A DNA stretch of 63,988 bases, filler included, from Octopus bimaculoides (Eukaryota): NCBI RefSeq assembly GCF_001194135.2. It is 4 parts of 4 records of this genome, joined end to end, with 100 filler letters (N's around TTAATTAATTAA, not from the genome) between each part and the next. Parts side by side here need not be neighbours in the genome. Positions count along the whole stretch, not along the records: positions 1 to 25,311 come from NC_068991.1; positions 25,412 to 44,643 come from NC_068983.1; 2 more parts are not named here. One strand, given 5' to 3'. The notes beneath the pieces were generated by a model, which worked only from the letters and a program-made list of their open reading frames with translations, did no database searches and was not told where the DNA came from. The position numbers and the translations under genes were made by a program. Positions 23,700 to 37,117 of the stretch are shown here, piece by piece. Every line of letters starts with the position of its first letter. The stretch's first letter is position 1.

Positions 23700-24330
23700 A
23701 CATATCAAAGTCAATGTCTTTATGTGAGTTCGTGTGTTACATATAGAGTTGAAAACTACAGTACCGATCCTAATGAAATTTGGAACACAAAATCGAAGCC
23801 TAGGGAGAAGGTTAATGTCGTATGTTTCATGCGGCATTATGGGGTATAAAGGTGTGTGTGTGTGTGAGGGGGGGGGGGCAGAACCCTCCATAAAAATTCA
23901 TAAATTTCTGATGTTGATGAAATTTCAATCATAAGTAATTGACACAAATCAAGAAGTATTCCCAAAGTTTCCGCTTGTCATGAGGATTCTGAGACCCCTA
24001 ACGGGGGCCTTAACTCTCAAATTTTATTAATCTTTTTATGATCCAAAACAAGGTAAAAAGTACTGAATGGATCTTTATGAAATTTGGAAATTATATTCTA
24101 TGCATTATTCTATGTAATTCAGTATATATTTGAAAGCGAGGGGGTATAAATGAGGCCATAACCCCATGAAAATTCATATATTTTTGCTGCTGATGAAATT
24201 TTAACCATAGATATAAGACACAAATGAAGTACAAGACACAAATGAAGCAATATTCCTAAAATTTCAACTTTTTAGGAGGTTAGTAACACCCCTTAATGGA
24301 GGCTTAACCCCCACAGTTTACTCATTTTCC
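23700..24330 (+). mobile_element. Probable Helentron-type non-autonomous element with two internal ~170-bp subrepeats
   Basis: CCGATCCTAATGAAATTTGG motif; 23880-24040 resembles 24160-24330 (AACCC.CATAAAAATTCATA..TT.CTG.TG.TGATGAAATTT.AA.CATA...GACACAAAT.AAG). Confidence 0.5.
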
Positions 24331-24701
24331 CTAAGCCAAGATGAATACAATTGTAGTCATAGATTTTAGAAACATCTGTAGCCCTTTGCATTGGAAGTAG
24401 TCGTTATGGTCTTAAATTTAATCTGATGCATAGGGAGTGCAGCTACGTCCGGCTCATGCATCAGTAGTGCCAGCATAGGTGTAGGTACTTAGGGTTTACA
24501 GGACTACTGCCTCCGATAAAGTAGTATTCGTTATTCCACTCATCATTCACTGCACTTTCTACTCTTTCACTGAGTCATTCAAATATTGAATCTCATGATA
24601 TTATAATTTCTTTTACAATTTTTACAAGTCGGCCCAGGCTAATTCTAAAAAATTACAATAATGACACTCACACACCACACTCACACTCACACGCACACCC
24701 A

Positions 24702-24732
<31 letters not shown>

Positions 24733-25355
24733 ACCCCCGTAGGGAGATGATGCTGTCATTGCACCTTGCGCGGTGCAATGTAAGCATTGTCTAAAGGTTT
24801 TTCTCAATTATTGGATACCACCTCCTTCTTCAGGGAAAAGTAAAGTACTAGAGAGATTCACATTTAATGCGTTATCATAATGAGAGTTAACGACTGAGTG
24901 ATCTTATAGAGAGCCATATGCACGAGGTCAGGAAGTGTTTTAAAAAGAGTTGTGGGAAGAGGAGATACAATACATGGTAAAAATAAAGCTACTGATGGTT
25001 CTAAAGGTAGAAGGTAAGAGGAGGATAATATGGTTTAAGCATTTAGAAAAAGTTTCAATGGGTGTGGAAGCTGGTTCTCAAATCTATCCAGAATCATCAA
25101 ACGACGAATGTTTACTACAACATGTATATGTAATAATAATACAGCCATAAAACCAATATGCATGAATTAAAAAATATATATTTAATACATCAAACATATT
25201 AAAAATATATAGATATATATAGTAAAAATATATAGATTTATCAATACATTAAATATATATATATAAATACATAAATATATAAACATGCATATATATATAT
25301 ATATATATATANNNNNNNNNNNNNNNNNNNNNNNNNNNNNNNNNNNNNNNNNNNN

Positions 25356-25367
25356 TTAATTAATTAA
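25356..25367. other. Artificial assembly spacer TTAATTAATTAA in a 44N-12-44N gap (also 44688-44699 and 61879-61890)
   Basis: The same 12-mer, which gives stops in all six frames, sits between two 44-N runs (100 bp total) three times. Confidence 0.9.
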
Positions 25368-25653
25368 NNNNNNNNNNNNNNNNNNNNNNNNNNNNNNNNN
25401 NNNNNNNNNNNTATATCTGTACACATAATATAGATTTCTAATTTTTATTGTTGATATGTGTGTGTATGTGCGTGTGTGCGTGTATGTAAGAAAGTACATG
25501 CGCTCGCGCGTCTTCCTTTTTTCCGGTTGGATTATTTTTTACATGATCAATTTTATTTATTTCTGCTGTATTTTTTTTATATCATTATTTATATTATCAT
25601 CTGTATATTCTCCCAAAAAGAAGTTCCTGCATCGAATATTGAAAATTAACAAG

Positions 25654-25688
<35 letters not shown>

Positions 25689-25698
25689 AAACAACAGC

Positions 25699-25732
<34 letters not shown>

Positions 25733-26439
25733 GTTACTACAATAATAATAATGATACTGGTCGGTAGTTGTGTTGGGGTGGCTGGTAATATTGATAATGC
25801 TGATGTTGATGCTGGTTAGTGTCATGTCATTTCGAGCTGGTGACGATGTTGGCTTGTATTGGTGGAAAAGACATTACGAAAATAAAGAATGTAAAAGAAG
25901 AAATATAACAAGTAAAGAGAATTATATCGTACCCCAGGGCTCTGTGCCTGATTATATAAAATGGAAAGAAAAAAAGTGATAGCAAAAAATGTAGATGATA
26001 AAAGTATATTGGAACCTCACCCCTCGCCAAAAAAAACCCGGGATTTGATTAAAATTTAAGGAAATAAAACGGAAAGTTTGCAACTATTTGTGAGTGTGTG
26101 TATGTGTGTGTGCGTGTGTGTATGTATCTATTGGTGTGTCTATGTGTGCGTATTGTATTTCTCTACATAATGTATATGTATATGCATATATACACACGCA
26201 CACACACACACACATACACACATACACACATATTCATACATACATATATATATAGATATATATTCNNNNNNNNNNNNNNNNNNNNNNNNNNNNNNNNNNN
26301 NNNNNNNNNNNNNNNNNNNNNNNNNNNNNNNNNNNNNNNNNNNNNNNNNNNNNNNNNNNNNNNNNATGCCCACTCCCCAAAATTTCAGGCTTCTATAGTA
26401 GAAATTGTTGACCTTGTGCCAAAATTATTATTATTATCA

Positions 26440-26506
<67 letters not shown>

Positions 26507-26817
26507 CATCATCATCATCATTATTATTATTATTATTTTAACAAACAGGTCTTTTATTTATTGGCTACAACGAGAATGAGGACAATAACGTAAACAGACA
26601 TAGCAATATAAACATACACAATGGCCAAATGTTAAACAGACTTGGTATTTGATATAACTTTGTATTTGAAATCTGTTTCTGTTGTTTTACTTTTTATCAA
26701 ACAGATAAGAATGAAAATAAAGACAGCTGATTAGATGTGACTGTCTTTATACATATGTATGTATTTACTTATATATATATATGTATGCATGCATACATAC
26801 ATACATACATACATATA

Positions 26818-26861
<44 letters not shown>

Positions 26862-27411
26862 TGTATGTATATATGTATGCATATGTGTGTGTATATGTTT
26901 TTATGTGTATATGTATACACATACATACACAGACACACACACACACACACACATATATTTGACAGTTATTTTAATTATCTCATTTTAATGTTATCACTTA
27001 CTTGTCATTGCTCATTTTTGTCTCATTAGACGAGAGGAGTCGTGTTGTCCAACCTTGTTACTATTATATACGCATAAGAGCATACACACATGCATAATGC
27101 GTGCGCGCGTGTGTGTATGTATGTTTATGTGTATATGTATGCATATAACCTTCTGTATTATGACTACTGTAAGAAAGTCCTCTGTGTGTGTTTGATATAA
27201 ACATGAACTATTCAAACAGCACTTTTGTCCAAAGGGTGTTATTATAGGTTCAGTCCTACATCCGAATTGGTCGTACAAGCTGGTGATCAAATGTAGTACA
27301 TTCATAGCATATTGTTATCTTAGAGATTTATAAGTCTGTCGAACTACTTGTCGTTTTTGACATTTTTTTTTTTTACTGAAGATAGTAGAATGTAAAGAAA
27401 AAAGTAAAGTT

Positions 27412-27650
27412 ACCTTTACGAGCCATGTGGACTCATAAGGGTAGGTTTCCCGGTTTCCAAGGCGTATATATTCCCAACCTGGATGGGACGCCGTTCCATT
27501 GCAGGATTACTCATTCCAGCTGAGTAACTGGAGCAACGAGAAATGAAGTGTTTTGCTCAAGAACACAACGCGTCACTCGTTCCAGGAATTGAAACCACAG
27601 ACTTACGGTTATGAGTCCAACGCCCTAACCACTAAACCACGCGCCTCCAC
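27412..27650 (-). mobile_element. tRNA-derived SINE (third family)
   Basis: Minus strand: GGCGCGTGGTTTAGTGGTTAGGGCGTTGGACTC..GGTTTCAATTCC (A and B boxes), then GTTCTTGAGCAAAACACTTCA core. Confidence 0.8.
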
Positions 27651-28232
27651 GATAGTCTAATGTGTTTTGATGTGACTTGGATTTTGTTTCTAAAACGTAA
27701 AATGACTGCATAAAGACTACTCCGTTGCGCGTGAAAGTGATGCAGATTGTTCTGTGCTGCATGTCATGCATCAGGAGATACCACTTTTCAAATTTTTGTG
27801 TGATAATTTGTTCTTGTATTGGCAAGTCGAAATTAGCTCCGTCTTTTTATCGAGATTGTTATTATATGATAGATGATGTGGTGCTCGTCTGAAAAACTTT
27901 GGCTGCAGCACCTTGATGTGATCCCTACATCTTATCTAAGTCATCCCAAGGTCTCTTCTTTTTCTTTCAAGTTCTAAATATACATCGAAACTTTGTGGTG
28001 TTATCCAGGAAAAAATATAAGAAACGATTACGAAAACAGGTGACTTTAATAAATCTCTGTAATATGCACGTAGTTTATTGATGTTTGCTTGCAGAAACAC
28101 CAATACAGCTTGCAGTGCTTTTCTCTAGATATTAACATTAACACTTTAAGGGGTGAAACGCTATGCTTCTACAATTCTATGTTAGATCTCTTTGGCATAA
28201 GCCTGATTGAAATACATTATTGCTATTTGAGT

Positions 28233-28278
<46 letters not shown>

Positions 28279-29154
28279 NNNNNNNNNNNNNNNNNNNNNN
28301 NNNNNNNNNNNNNNNNNNNNNNNNNNNNNNNNNNNNNNNNNNNNNNNNNNNNNNNNNNNNNNNNNNNNNNNNNNNNNNNNNNNNNNNNNNNNNNNNNNNN
28401 NNNNNNNNNNNNNNNNNNNNNNNNNNNNNNNNNNNNNNNNNNNNNNNNNNNNNNNNNNNNNNNNNNNNNNNNNNNNNNNNNNNNNNNNNNNNNNNNNNNN
28501 NNNNNNNNNNNNNNNNNNNNNNNNNNNNNNNNNNNNNNNNNNNNNNNNNNNNNNNNNNNNNNNNNNNNNNNNNNNNNNNNNNNNNNNNNNNNNNNNNNNN
28601 NNNNNNNNNNNNNNNNNNNNNNNNNNNNNNNNNNNNNNNNNNNNNNNNNNNNNNNNNNNNNNNNNNNNGTTGACATTTAAATAGTTGTATTCATTATCAT
28701 TGTTGCTCAACACATGTTCATATTAAGAGAGAGAATGAGGTATCGAAGAGGGAGAGGGAAAGAGAAAGGTAGGATGGTGGTGGTGGTGGTGGTGGAACAA
28801 AAACAAATCTTAAGATATTTGATATCACATACGACAAGCTGAGTGGGTGGTCGCTGTCGTCAACGTCATGACGTAAGAAGCGAAATAAACATCTCGTATT
28901 CATTTATACTCCTTTGATATGTGCGTGTGTGTATGCATGCGTGCGTGCGTGCGTGCGTGCGTGTGTGTGTGCGTGTGTGCGTGCCTGCATATGTATTTCA
29001 TAAATACTTATTGACATATTCTTTCTTATATATATGTGTATGCGCGCGCGTGTATAATTATGCATGCATGTATATACAGAAATAAACATACATTAATTTA
29101 TACATGTATATGAAATGTATATATAATATATGTATGTGTGTGTGCATATAGAAT

Positions 29155-29270
29155 ATTGGTAAGTAGTGGCACCTTGGGCAAGTGTCTTCTACTATAGCTT
29201 TGGGCCGACCAAAGCCTTGTGAGTGGATGTGATAGACGGAAACTGAAAGAAGCCCGTCGTATATATGTAT
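29155..29270 (+). mobile_element. Partial SINE (9336 family)
   Basis: GTGGCACCTTGGGCAAGTGTCTTCTACTATAGC...GACGGAAACTGAAAGAAGCCCGTCG. Confidence 0.8.
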
Positions 29271-29294
29271 GTTGCCCACTGTCGTCTCCCCATA

Positions 29295-29493
29295 CGAAGC
29301 AACTCATTATGACAGTGGAAGCACTCAGAGGTCAAGAACAAGAAAGATAGACGGAATGAGAAGCATTGACTCCAGGGGTCGACTAGAAAATCTCAATCTC
29401 TACTCTATCCAACGCCGCCGGGAGCGCTACATCATTTGTGTGATGTGGAAAATATTCCATCAACATTGCACAAATGATGTTGGCATCAATTTT
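29295..29493 (+). mobile_element. CR1/L2-like LINE RT C-terminal fragment running into a gap
   Basis: IDGMRSIDSRGRLENLNLYSIQRRRERYIICVMWKI matches the RL..L.LYSL.RRR.R motif of CR1-group LINEs. Confidence 0.65.
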
Positions 29494-31461
29494 NNNNNNN
29501 NNNNNNNNNNNNNNNNNNNNNNNNNNNNNNNNNNNNNNNNNNNNNNNNNNNNNNNNNNNNNNNNNNNNNNNNNNNNNNNNNNNNNNNNNNNNNNNNNNNN
29601 NNNNNNNNNNNNNNNNNNNNNNNNNNNNNNNNNNNNNNNNNNNNNNNNNNNNNNNNNNNNNNNNNNNNNNNNNNNNNNNNNNNNNNNNNNNNNNNNNNNN
29701 NNNNNNNNNNNNNNNNNNNNNNNNNNNNNNNNNNNNNNNNNNNNNNNNNNNNNNNNNNNNNNNNNNNNNNNNNNNNNNNNNNNNNNNNNNNNNNNNNNNN
29801 NNNNNNNNNNNNNNNNNNNNNNNNNNNNNNNNNNNNNNNNNNNNNNNNNNNNNNNNNNNNNNNNNNNNNNNNNNNNNNNNNNNNNNNNNNNNNNNNNNNN
29901 NNNNNNNNNNNNNNNNNNNNNNNNNNNNNNNNNNNNNNNNNNNNNNNNNNNNNNNNNNNNNNNNNNNNNNNNNNNNNNNNNNNNNNNNNNNNNNNNNNNN
30001 NNNNNNNNNNNNNNNNNNNNNNNNNNNNNNNNNNNNNNNNNNNNNNNNNNNNNNNNNNNNNNNNNNNNNNNNNNNNNNNNNNNNNNNNNNNNNNNNNNNN
30101 NNNNNNNNNNNNNNNNNNNNNNNNNNNNNNNNNNNNNNNNNNNNNNNNNNNNNNNNNNNNNNNNNNNNNNNNNNNNNNNNNNNNNNNNNNNNNNNNNNNN
30201 NNNNNNNNNNNNNNNNNNNNNNNNNNNNNNNNNNNNNNNNNNNNNNNNNNNNNNNNNNNNNNNNNNNNNNNNNNNNNNNNNNNNNNNNNNNNNNNNNNNN
30301 NNNNNNNNNNNNNNNNNNNNNNNNNNNNNNNNNNNNNNNNNNNNNNNNNNNNNNNNNNNNNNNNNNNNNNNNNNNNNNNNNNNNNNNNNNNNNNNNNNNN
30401 NNNNNNNNNNNNNNNNNNNNNNNNNNNNNNNNNNNNNNNNNNNNNNNTATATATATATATGCATGTATACACACACACACACATGTGTACACACACACGC
30501 ATACGCATACATGCAAGCATAATTTATGTATATGTACGTATGTATCTATGCTTGTGTCTATGTATCAGTATACTCATACGAACTGCTAGAAATAGCAGCT
30601 AAATGTCCCTAAAACCAGGTCAATCTGTCTTTATAAAATGGAACAACACGTTAGGCAGAAATCCTTGGATATAGAAAAGAACACTAATAAACAAGATGGT
30701 CACGGAAATAATGTCTAATGTCATAGGTTTCCGCTCGATCAGAGCTAACCTGGAATTAAACAACATCTACAACGTAATGATTTTTTTTTTTTTTTTTTTG
30801 GTATCCATGTATATAAACTCAGAGCTACCTCTTGATCTGTTGAAAATAGTAGACAATTCACCTTTATATCACGAGCTACTGTCTTGACAAATGAAACGTA
30901 ATAAATAACGAAAGAAATCGAATATAAGGGGTGAGGTGGTAGTCCTACGTATACAAAAAGAAAACATGCGTATACATATACACAAACATATGCAAACCCA
31001 AACATATAGCGTATGCTCGCAGGCACATACACATACACATACACACATACATACATACATACATACATGCATTCATACATACATACGTACAGTTCTAAAT
31101 CAACCCGAAGTAAAATACAGAAATTCAGTTGAACGAAGAAGCTGATTATCTACGACGTTAGATATTAAATCTTAAAAGAGCTTGATACTCTGCTCTGTAT
31201 TTTCTATGCAGTGTTAATTTTCTGATAATTTAAAAATATAGGCTTGACTAGAGAGGGAAGAATGGAAAGAAAAAAAAAAAAAAAGATATTACGGATGTTA
31301 AGCCATTAGAGTTATTTCCCCTGAATCAGATATCTATTCGCAGGTTAAAATTTCCAAACACTGATGATGGCTAAGATTAAAAAACAAATTAAATGAACGT
31401 ATGAATAAAAGAATGAATCTTGATGAACAAAATGTGTATTATATATATATATATATACTCT

Positions 31462-31530
31462 TTTACTTGTTTCAGTCATTTGACTGCGGCCATGCTGGAG
31501 CACCGCTTAGTCGAGTAAATCGACCCCAGT
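31462..31530 (-). mobile_element. SINE 3' tail, opposite orientation
   Basis: TCTTTTACTTGTTTCAGTCATTTGACTGCGGCCATGCTGGAGCACCGC is the reverse complement of the tail at 32230-32280. Confidence 0.8.
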
Positions 31531-32075
31531 GTATATATATATTTTTTTATANNNNNNNNNNNNNNNNNNNNNNNNNNNNNNNNNNNNNNNNNNNNNNNNN
31601 NNNNNNNNNNNNNNNNNNNNNNNNNNNNNNNNNNNNNNNNNNNNNNNNNNNNNNNNNNNNNNNNNNNNNNNNNNNNNNNNNNNNNNNNNNNNNNNNNNNN
31701 NNNNNNNNNNNNNNNNNNNNNNNNNNNNNNNNNNNNNNNNNNNNNNNNNNNNNNNNNNNNNNNNNNNNNNNNNNNNNNNNNNNNNNNNNNNNNNNNNNNN
31801 NNNNNNNNNNNNNNNNNNNNNNNNNNNNNNNNNNNNNNNNNNNNNNNNNNNNNNNNNNNNNNNNNNNNNNNNNNNNNNNNNNNNNNNNNNNNNNNNNNNN
31901 NNNNNNNNNNNNNNNNNNNNNNNNNNNNNNNNNNNNNNNNNNNNNNNNNNNNNNNNNNNNNNNNNNNNNNNNNNNNNNNNNNNNNNNNNNNNNNNNNNNN
32001 NNNNNNNNNNNNNNNNNNNNNNNNNNNNNNNNNNNNNNNNNNNNNNNNNNNNNNNNNNNNNNNNNNNNNNNNNNN

Positions 32076-32286
32076 NTGTGTGTGTATCTGTGTTTGTCCC
32101 CCCAACAACGCTTGACAACAGATACTGGTGTGTTTACGTCCCCGTAACTTAGCGGTTCGACAAAAAAGACCGATAGAATAAGTACTAGGCTTACAAAGAA
32201 TAAGTCCTGAGGTCGATTTGATTCGACTAAAGGCGGTGCTCCAGCATGGCCGCAGTCAAATGACTGAAACAAGTAAAAGAATAAAA
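32076..32286 (+). mobile_element. SINE 3' half (9336 family)
   Basis: GTTTACGTCCCCGTAACTTAGCGGTTCG...GGCGGTGCTCCAGCATGGCCGCAGTCAAATGACTGAAACAAG. Confidence 0.85.
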
Positions 32287-32293
32287 GAATGCA

Positions 32294-32325
<32 letters not shown>

Positions 32326-33147
32326 CATACGTACATACGTACATACATACAGAGGCTGACGTGGCTTCTGTCTTTTAACTGGTCGTGTGCTCATGCAGTT
32401 TCGAAATGCAATGAATCAAAGTTTGGAAGCCTGTAAACAGTCCATAAAAAAGTTACTATCAATCACGACGCTATTGTTCACCAAAATCATATCAAATAAA
32501 AAGTAAATAAATAAATATATCACCATAGTTTATCAGAAACAAAATGAGCTTCAAATGTTTTCAAATGACCAGGCGGCAAAGATCAAAAGACTACGATATG
32601 TATCCATTCCAGTGAAAGAGCCAGACACGCTTGGACGCCCTTTTCACTAAGTGGTCAGCTGAGAGATATACTGACCGGCTGCAAAGGAGACTTAATTGTG
32701 AAAAGTCTCTCTACTTGTTCGCTGCTTGCTAGCACACATCAACAGTATTTTCTCTCTGCCGCCTCGGAACCCCACCAACTTCCTTCTGTTTTTCCCCCTC
32801 TCCTCCTCCTCCCCCGCCGCCATCTCTATCAAACCCATCTAAACAAACACCCTTTTTCTCCCTCCACCCTATCATTCTCATCCACATCCATCTAACCTGT
32901 TTCAACTCACACCCTCAGACCTCTTTAAGAGTTTCACCTCCTTCTCACTTATTTCTCATAAGCCAAACACCATAACCACCACTATCACTACTGCCACCAC
33001 ACCACTACGATCGCCGACGCCGCCACCTACTCCATTTCGCTTCCTTATCAACTGATCCTTAACCGGATTTCATGGGTCTCTGTGATCAACAGGGAGCGTG
33101 GTTGTTACGGTTGGTGTCAAGTTTATTTTCTCTCCCTCTCCCTCTCT

Positions 33148-33208
<61 letters not shown>

Positions 33209-33918
33209 TATGTATGTATATGGCTAGCCTTCTCTCATAGCCGTCATATCAAGTTACCCGTTGCCTGTGAAAGATTTATATCAACTACCAAAACCCCTAC
33301 ACCTGTCCCCTAAAACCCCTTTACGTTCGACTAAATGGCTCCTCGCAATTTTTCAAAATAAATANNNNNNNNNNNNNNNNNNNNNNNNNNNNNNNNNNNN
33401 NNNNNNNNNNNNNNNNNNNNNNNNNNNNNNNNNNNNNNNNNNNNNNNNNNNNNNNNNNNNNNNNNNNNNNNNNNNNNNNNNNNNNNNNNNNNNNNNNNNN
33501 NNNNNNNNNNNNNNNNNNNNNNNNNNNNNNNNNNNNNNNNNNNNNNNNNNNNNNNNNNNNNNNNNNNNNNNNNNNNNNNNNNNNNNNNNNNNNNNNNNNN
33601 NNNNNNNNNNNNNNNNNNNNNNNNNNNNNNNNNNNNNNNNNNNNNNNNNNNNNNNNNNNNNNNNNNNNNNNNNNNNNNNNNNNNNNNNNNNNNNNNNNNN
33701 NNNNNNNNNNNNNNNNNNNNNNNNNNNNNNNNNNNNNNNNNNNNNNNNNNNNNNNNNNNNNNNNNNNNNNNNNNNNNNNNNNNNNNNNNNNNNNNNNNNN
33801 NNNNNNNNNNNNNNNNNNNNNNNNNNNNNNNNNNNNNNNNNNNNNNNNNNNNNNNNNNNNNNNNNNNNNNNNNNNNNNNNNNNNNNNNNNNNNNNNNNNN
33901 NNNNNNNNNNNNNNNNNN

Positions 33919-34264
33919 TAGGGTAAAACCGCAAATTTAAAAAGAAAAAAGCAAATAAAACGAAGAAAAAAAAAGAAAATGAAAAAAGCAAATTTAAAAT
34001 GAAAAAAGAAGTTATGGAGATTAAATACGCTTTACACCGCTTAATCAGCCAAAGGAGTAAATGTAAACAACTGAATACTTGTCAGTGATTGGTTGAAATT
34101 ATCGAAATAAGACAATTTTTTACATGAAATAAATTCGAATACAAAAATATTTTTCTGTTCTATAGCACAAAATAGATAAGTATATGAAGTTTGAAAGTCT
34201 TTCGGTACCAAAAACACTACGTAAAACATTATGAAAAATGTGGCCCCCGTTTTAAAAAAGATCC
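33919..34264. mobile_element. Right half of a second, more diverged copy of the 35570 MITE
   Basis: 34014-34264 aligns with 36029-36273 and ends GGCCCCCGTTTTAAAAAAGATCC. It begins at the gap edge with TAGGGT. Confidence 0.8.
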
Positions 34265-35569
34265 GGAATTTGAACTCAGGACGCAAAAGAGATACCTATT
34301 ACGCACATTGACCATTTCGTAGCTAAGAATTCATAGACGATAGTATTTTCATATTATTTCTTAGATAAACTGCGGCATTTCTTTCATTGTGAGTTCAAAT
34401 TCCACCGAGTTCAGTTTTCAATGAATTATCATTTAAAAATATTGTTATTTTATAACCATGGTTTTACCCGTTTATTATTAACTGATTTGGGCTTGTTCTG
34501 GGGTAATTTGAATAGGAAAAATTGTTACCAAATGATCGTGTGAGGTGTAGGAATATAAGTTGTGCTGCATTAATAAAGCCTATGAATTTCCATCTTCATG
34601 TTATCATTGTTATTATAATATATTATAATGTGTTTTTCCTCACTGACACAGACTCCAGGCATTCTCGGCGCGAGCATCACCAGTACATGTTTCCACCACG
34701 TCTTTTTGTACACCTAACATGCTCCTTCCTTTTACATAATTTTCCTTTGGGTTATAACACCCTTTTCTTGTAGGTATGGCACGGTATCCTTCCTTGTTCT
34801 TGGTGTTTCCACCATAGAAGCGAGGTTACCGGAGTTTGCTGCCATAATCAAACAGTAAGATTTCCATCAGAACAGAGCGTCATAAAGTGGTTTCAATATA
34901 TTTGTCAACATGTGCTTTCTTGTAGACAAAAGAGTTTTTGGTTCCGCTTCTTATTATAGAAATAGGCACGTGCTTTCTCGCAGACAAAGTGTTCTCATAT
35001 TCCGCTTGCTACTATGAAAACAGACATAAAAGTGTCTATGGCTTACGATTGGCTAAAAGTACCAAAATTTTAAAACTTTAATTGCTAATAACTTTTTATT
35101 TCTTAATTTATAGCGAAACGGATTTTCACGTCGTTCATTAGCCTATAAAAGCGTATCATTACACTGGATATGAAATCAATTCGAACAGAATTGATGTTGG
35201 CAGCCAAACTGAAAAGACCCTCGAGATGGTCAAAAGTATCAGAGTAGTGAAGATTCGAGTCCAGAAGAGCCCCGAGAAACAGAAGCTTATATAGGAACTG
35301 GTCGGCAGTGAACGAGAGGCGGAGGTACGAGACTTACAAATTCTGGATAATAGAGTCCTTTATAATAGCATGTCGGTGGCGGGTAGCTGAGAGACGGAAG
35401 TAGAATACCAGAAATCTCCGAGGAACAAGGGGCTAATATAGTATCGGATAGGTCGAGGAAATCTGAGAAACAGAAGTACGGAACAAAATAGTCTCCAAGT
35501 AAAAGGGGGTCATTATTGCGGCAAATCAATCGAGGGAAAGTGAGAGACAGAGGTATGAGACCAGATAGC

Positions 35570-36273
35570 GGATCTTGTTCAAAACGGGGGCACCAGTATT
35601 TTCTTAACGAAACACTTTGAAACTTGGGACACTGGTAGAATGTGTCATATAAAACATCTTTTTCTCTTAGTCTTCTTAACAAAAAAACGTACATCGCAAG
35701 TTATTTCATGTTAAAGTTGTCGTATTTCTGTAATTTTAACCAATGACTGACGTCCATTCAGCCGTAAAAATTAAGTGCTGAGTACGTAAGCAAACGATTC
35801 GCGGCGGTGATAAAATTATTATTTCCTTGTCAAAAAATGGCTGAAGTATATTGGCAGTAGCTAATAAACCTTTCTATTATAGGCNNNNNNNNNNNNNNNN
35901 NNNNNNNNNNNNNNNNNNNNNGGCATCGTTTTTGAAGGAAGGAGCAAGTCAATTAGGGTTAGGGTTAGGGTTAGGGTTAGGGTTAGGGAAAACGAACACA
36001 CGTTTGTTGCCTCTGCAAAATGTCAGAAGTAATGGAGATTAAATACGCTTTACACCGCTTAAGAGTAACTGTAAACAGCTGAATATTTGTCAGTGATTGG
36101 TTGAAATTATCGAAATAAGACAATTTTTTACATGAAATAAATCCGAATACAAAAATTTTTTTCTGTTCTATAACACAAAATAGATAAGTATACGAAGTTT
36201 GAAAGTCTTTCCGTACCAAAAACACTACATAAAACATTAATGAAAACTGGTGCCCCCGTTTTGAACAAGATCC
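35570..36273. mobile_element. 704-bp MITE with perfect 28-bp TIRs and an 8-bp TSD
   Basis: TIR GGATCTTGTTCAAAACGGGGGCACCAGT (35570-97) with exact reverse complement at 36246-73; TSD CAGATAGC at 35562-69 and 36274-81. Weaker inverted similarity extends further inward. Confidence 0.92.
35953..35988 (+). repeat. Interstitial telomeric repeat (TTAGGG)6 inside the MITE
   Basis: Six perfect TTAGGG units. Confidence 0.95.
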
Positions 36274-36754
36274 CAGATAGCTCCAAGGAACAGAGGGTTT
36301 CTTTTATAGAAGTGAGTCAGTGGAGGGTGTCTGAGTGTTGGCGTTACGCGAACAGCAACTACAAAAAAGAGCGACTTTTTATTTTAGCGAATTAGTCGAG
36401 GGCAGCTCTGTGGCAGACATACGCGATTAGCAAACTTCGATGAACAGAGGGCATAGTATTGAATCTGTCTAGGGTTCGAGAAAAAAAGAGGTACAAGATC
36501 ATCCAGCTATGAGGAACAGAGGCCTGAGGTGGAATTTCAAATGAGGGTTCTCATAAACCCTTAGTTTTACATACATTATCATATATTATGTTGGGAGGAA
36601 GCATGTCTCATCGGGGTTTGCGTGAAACTGATCCATTTGTGTGTTAGTGACCCGCTCAATGAGGTGTTACGTTTAATGACTCTCATTAGCTTCTGGTGTC
36701 ATCTCCGATGTCGAGTTGTGTATTGGATGGGATTGGTACCCTAGTCACATACCA

Positions 36755-36803
<49 letters not shown>

Positions 36804-37085
36804 AACACACATTCACACACTCGTATAAACAATTAACATACAAATATAGTTGTGCGAGTGTGTGTACATTTGGTTCTTTGCGTGTGGAAATGCATACATA
36901 TGTATATAGATGTACATATACATACGCACACACACACGGTTATACACACGCGCACTCATATATGCATAAGCACATGCTCCAAACTATAAAACGGTAATAG
37001 TCATGCTGGTAGCAATGACTTTTTATTACTTTCCACTATCATAAGCAAACAATAAATATGTCACCTCATTGACATCACACACACA

Positions 37086-37117
<32 letters not shown>

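Noticed and set aside
25356-25367. TTAATTAATTAA recurring three times (also 44688 and 61879) as a possible motif or PacI site
   Set aside because: Always centred in an exact 44N+12+44N block; an artificial six-frame-stop spacer.
27412-27650. tRNA genes at SINE heads (also 44460-44519)
   Set aside because: A/B boxes are present, but no acceptor-stem closure is seen and they continue into SINE bodies.
32698-33060. C-rich tract with short ORFs
   Set aside because: Low-complexity CT/CCA sequence; no family or coding signal.
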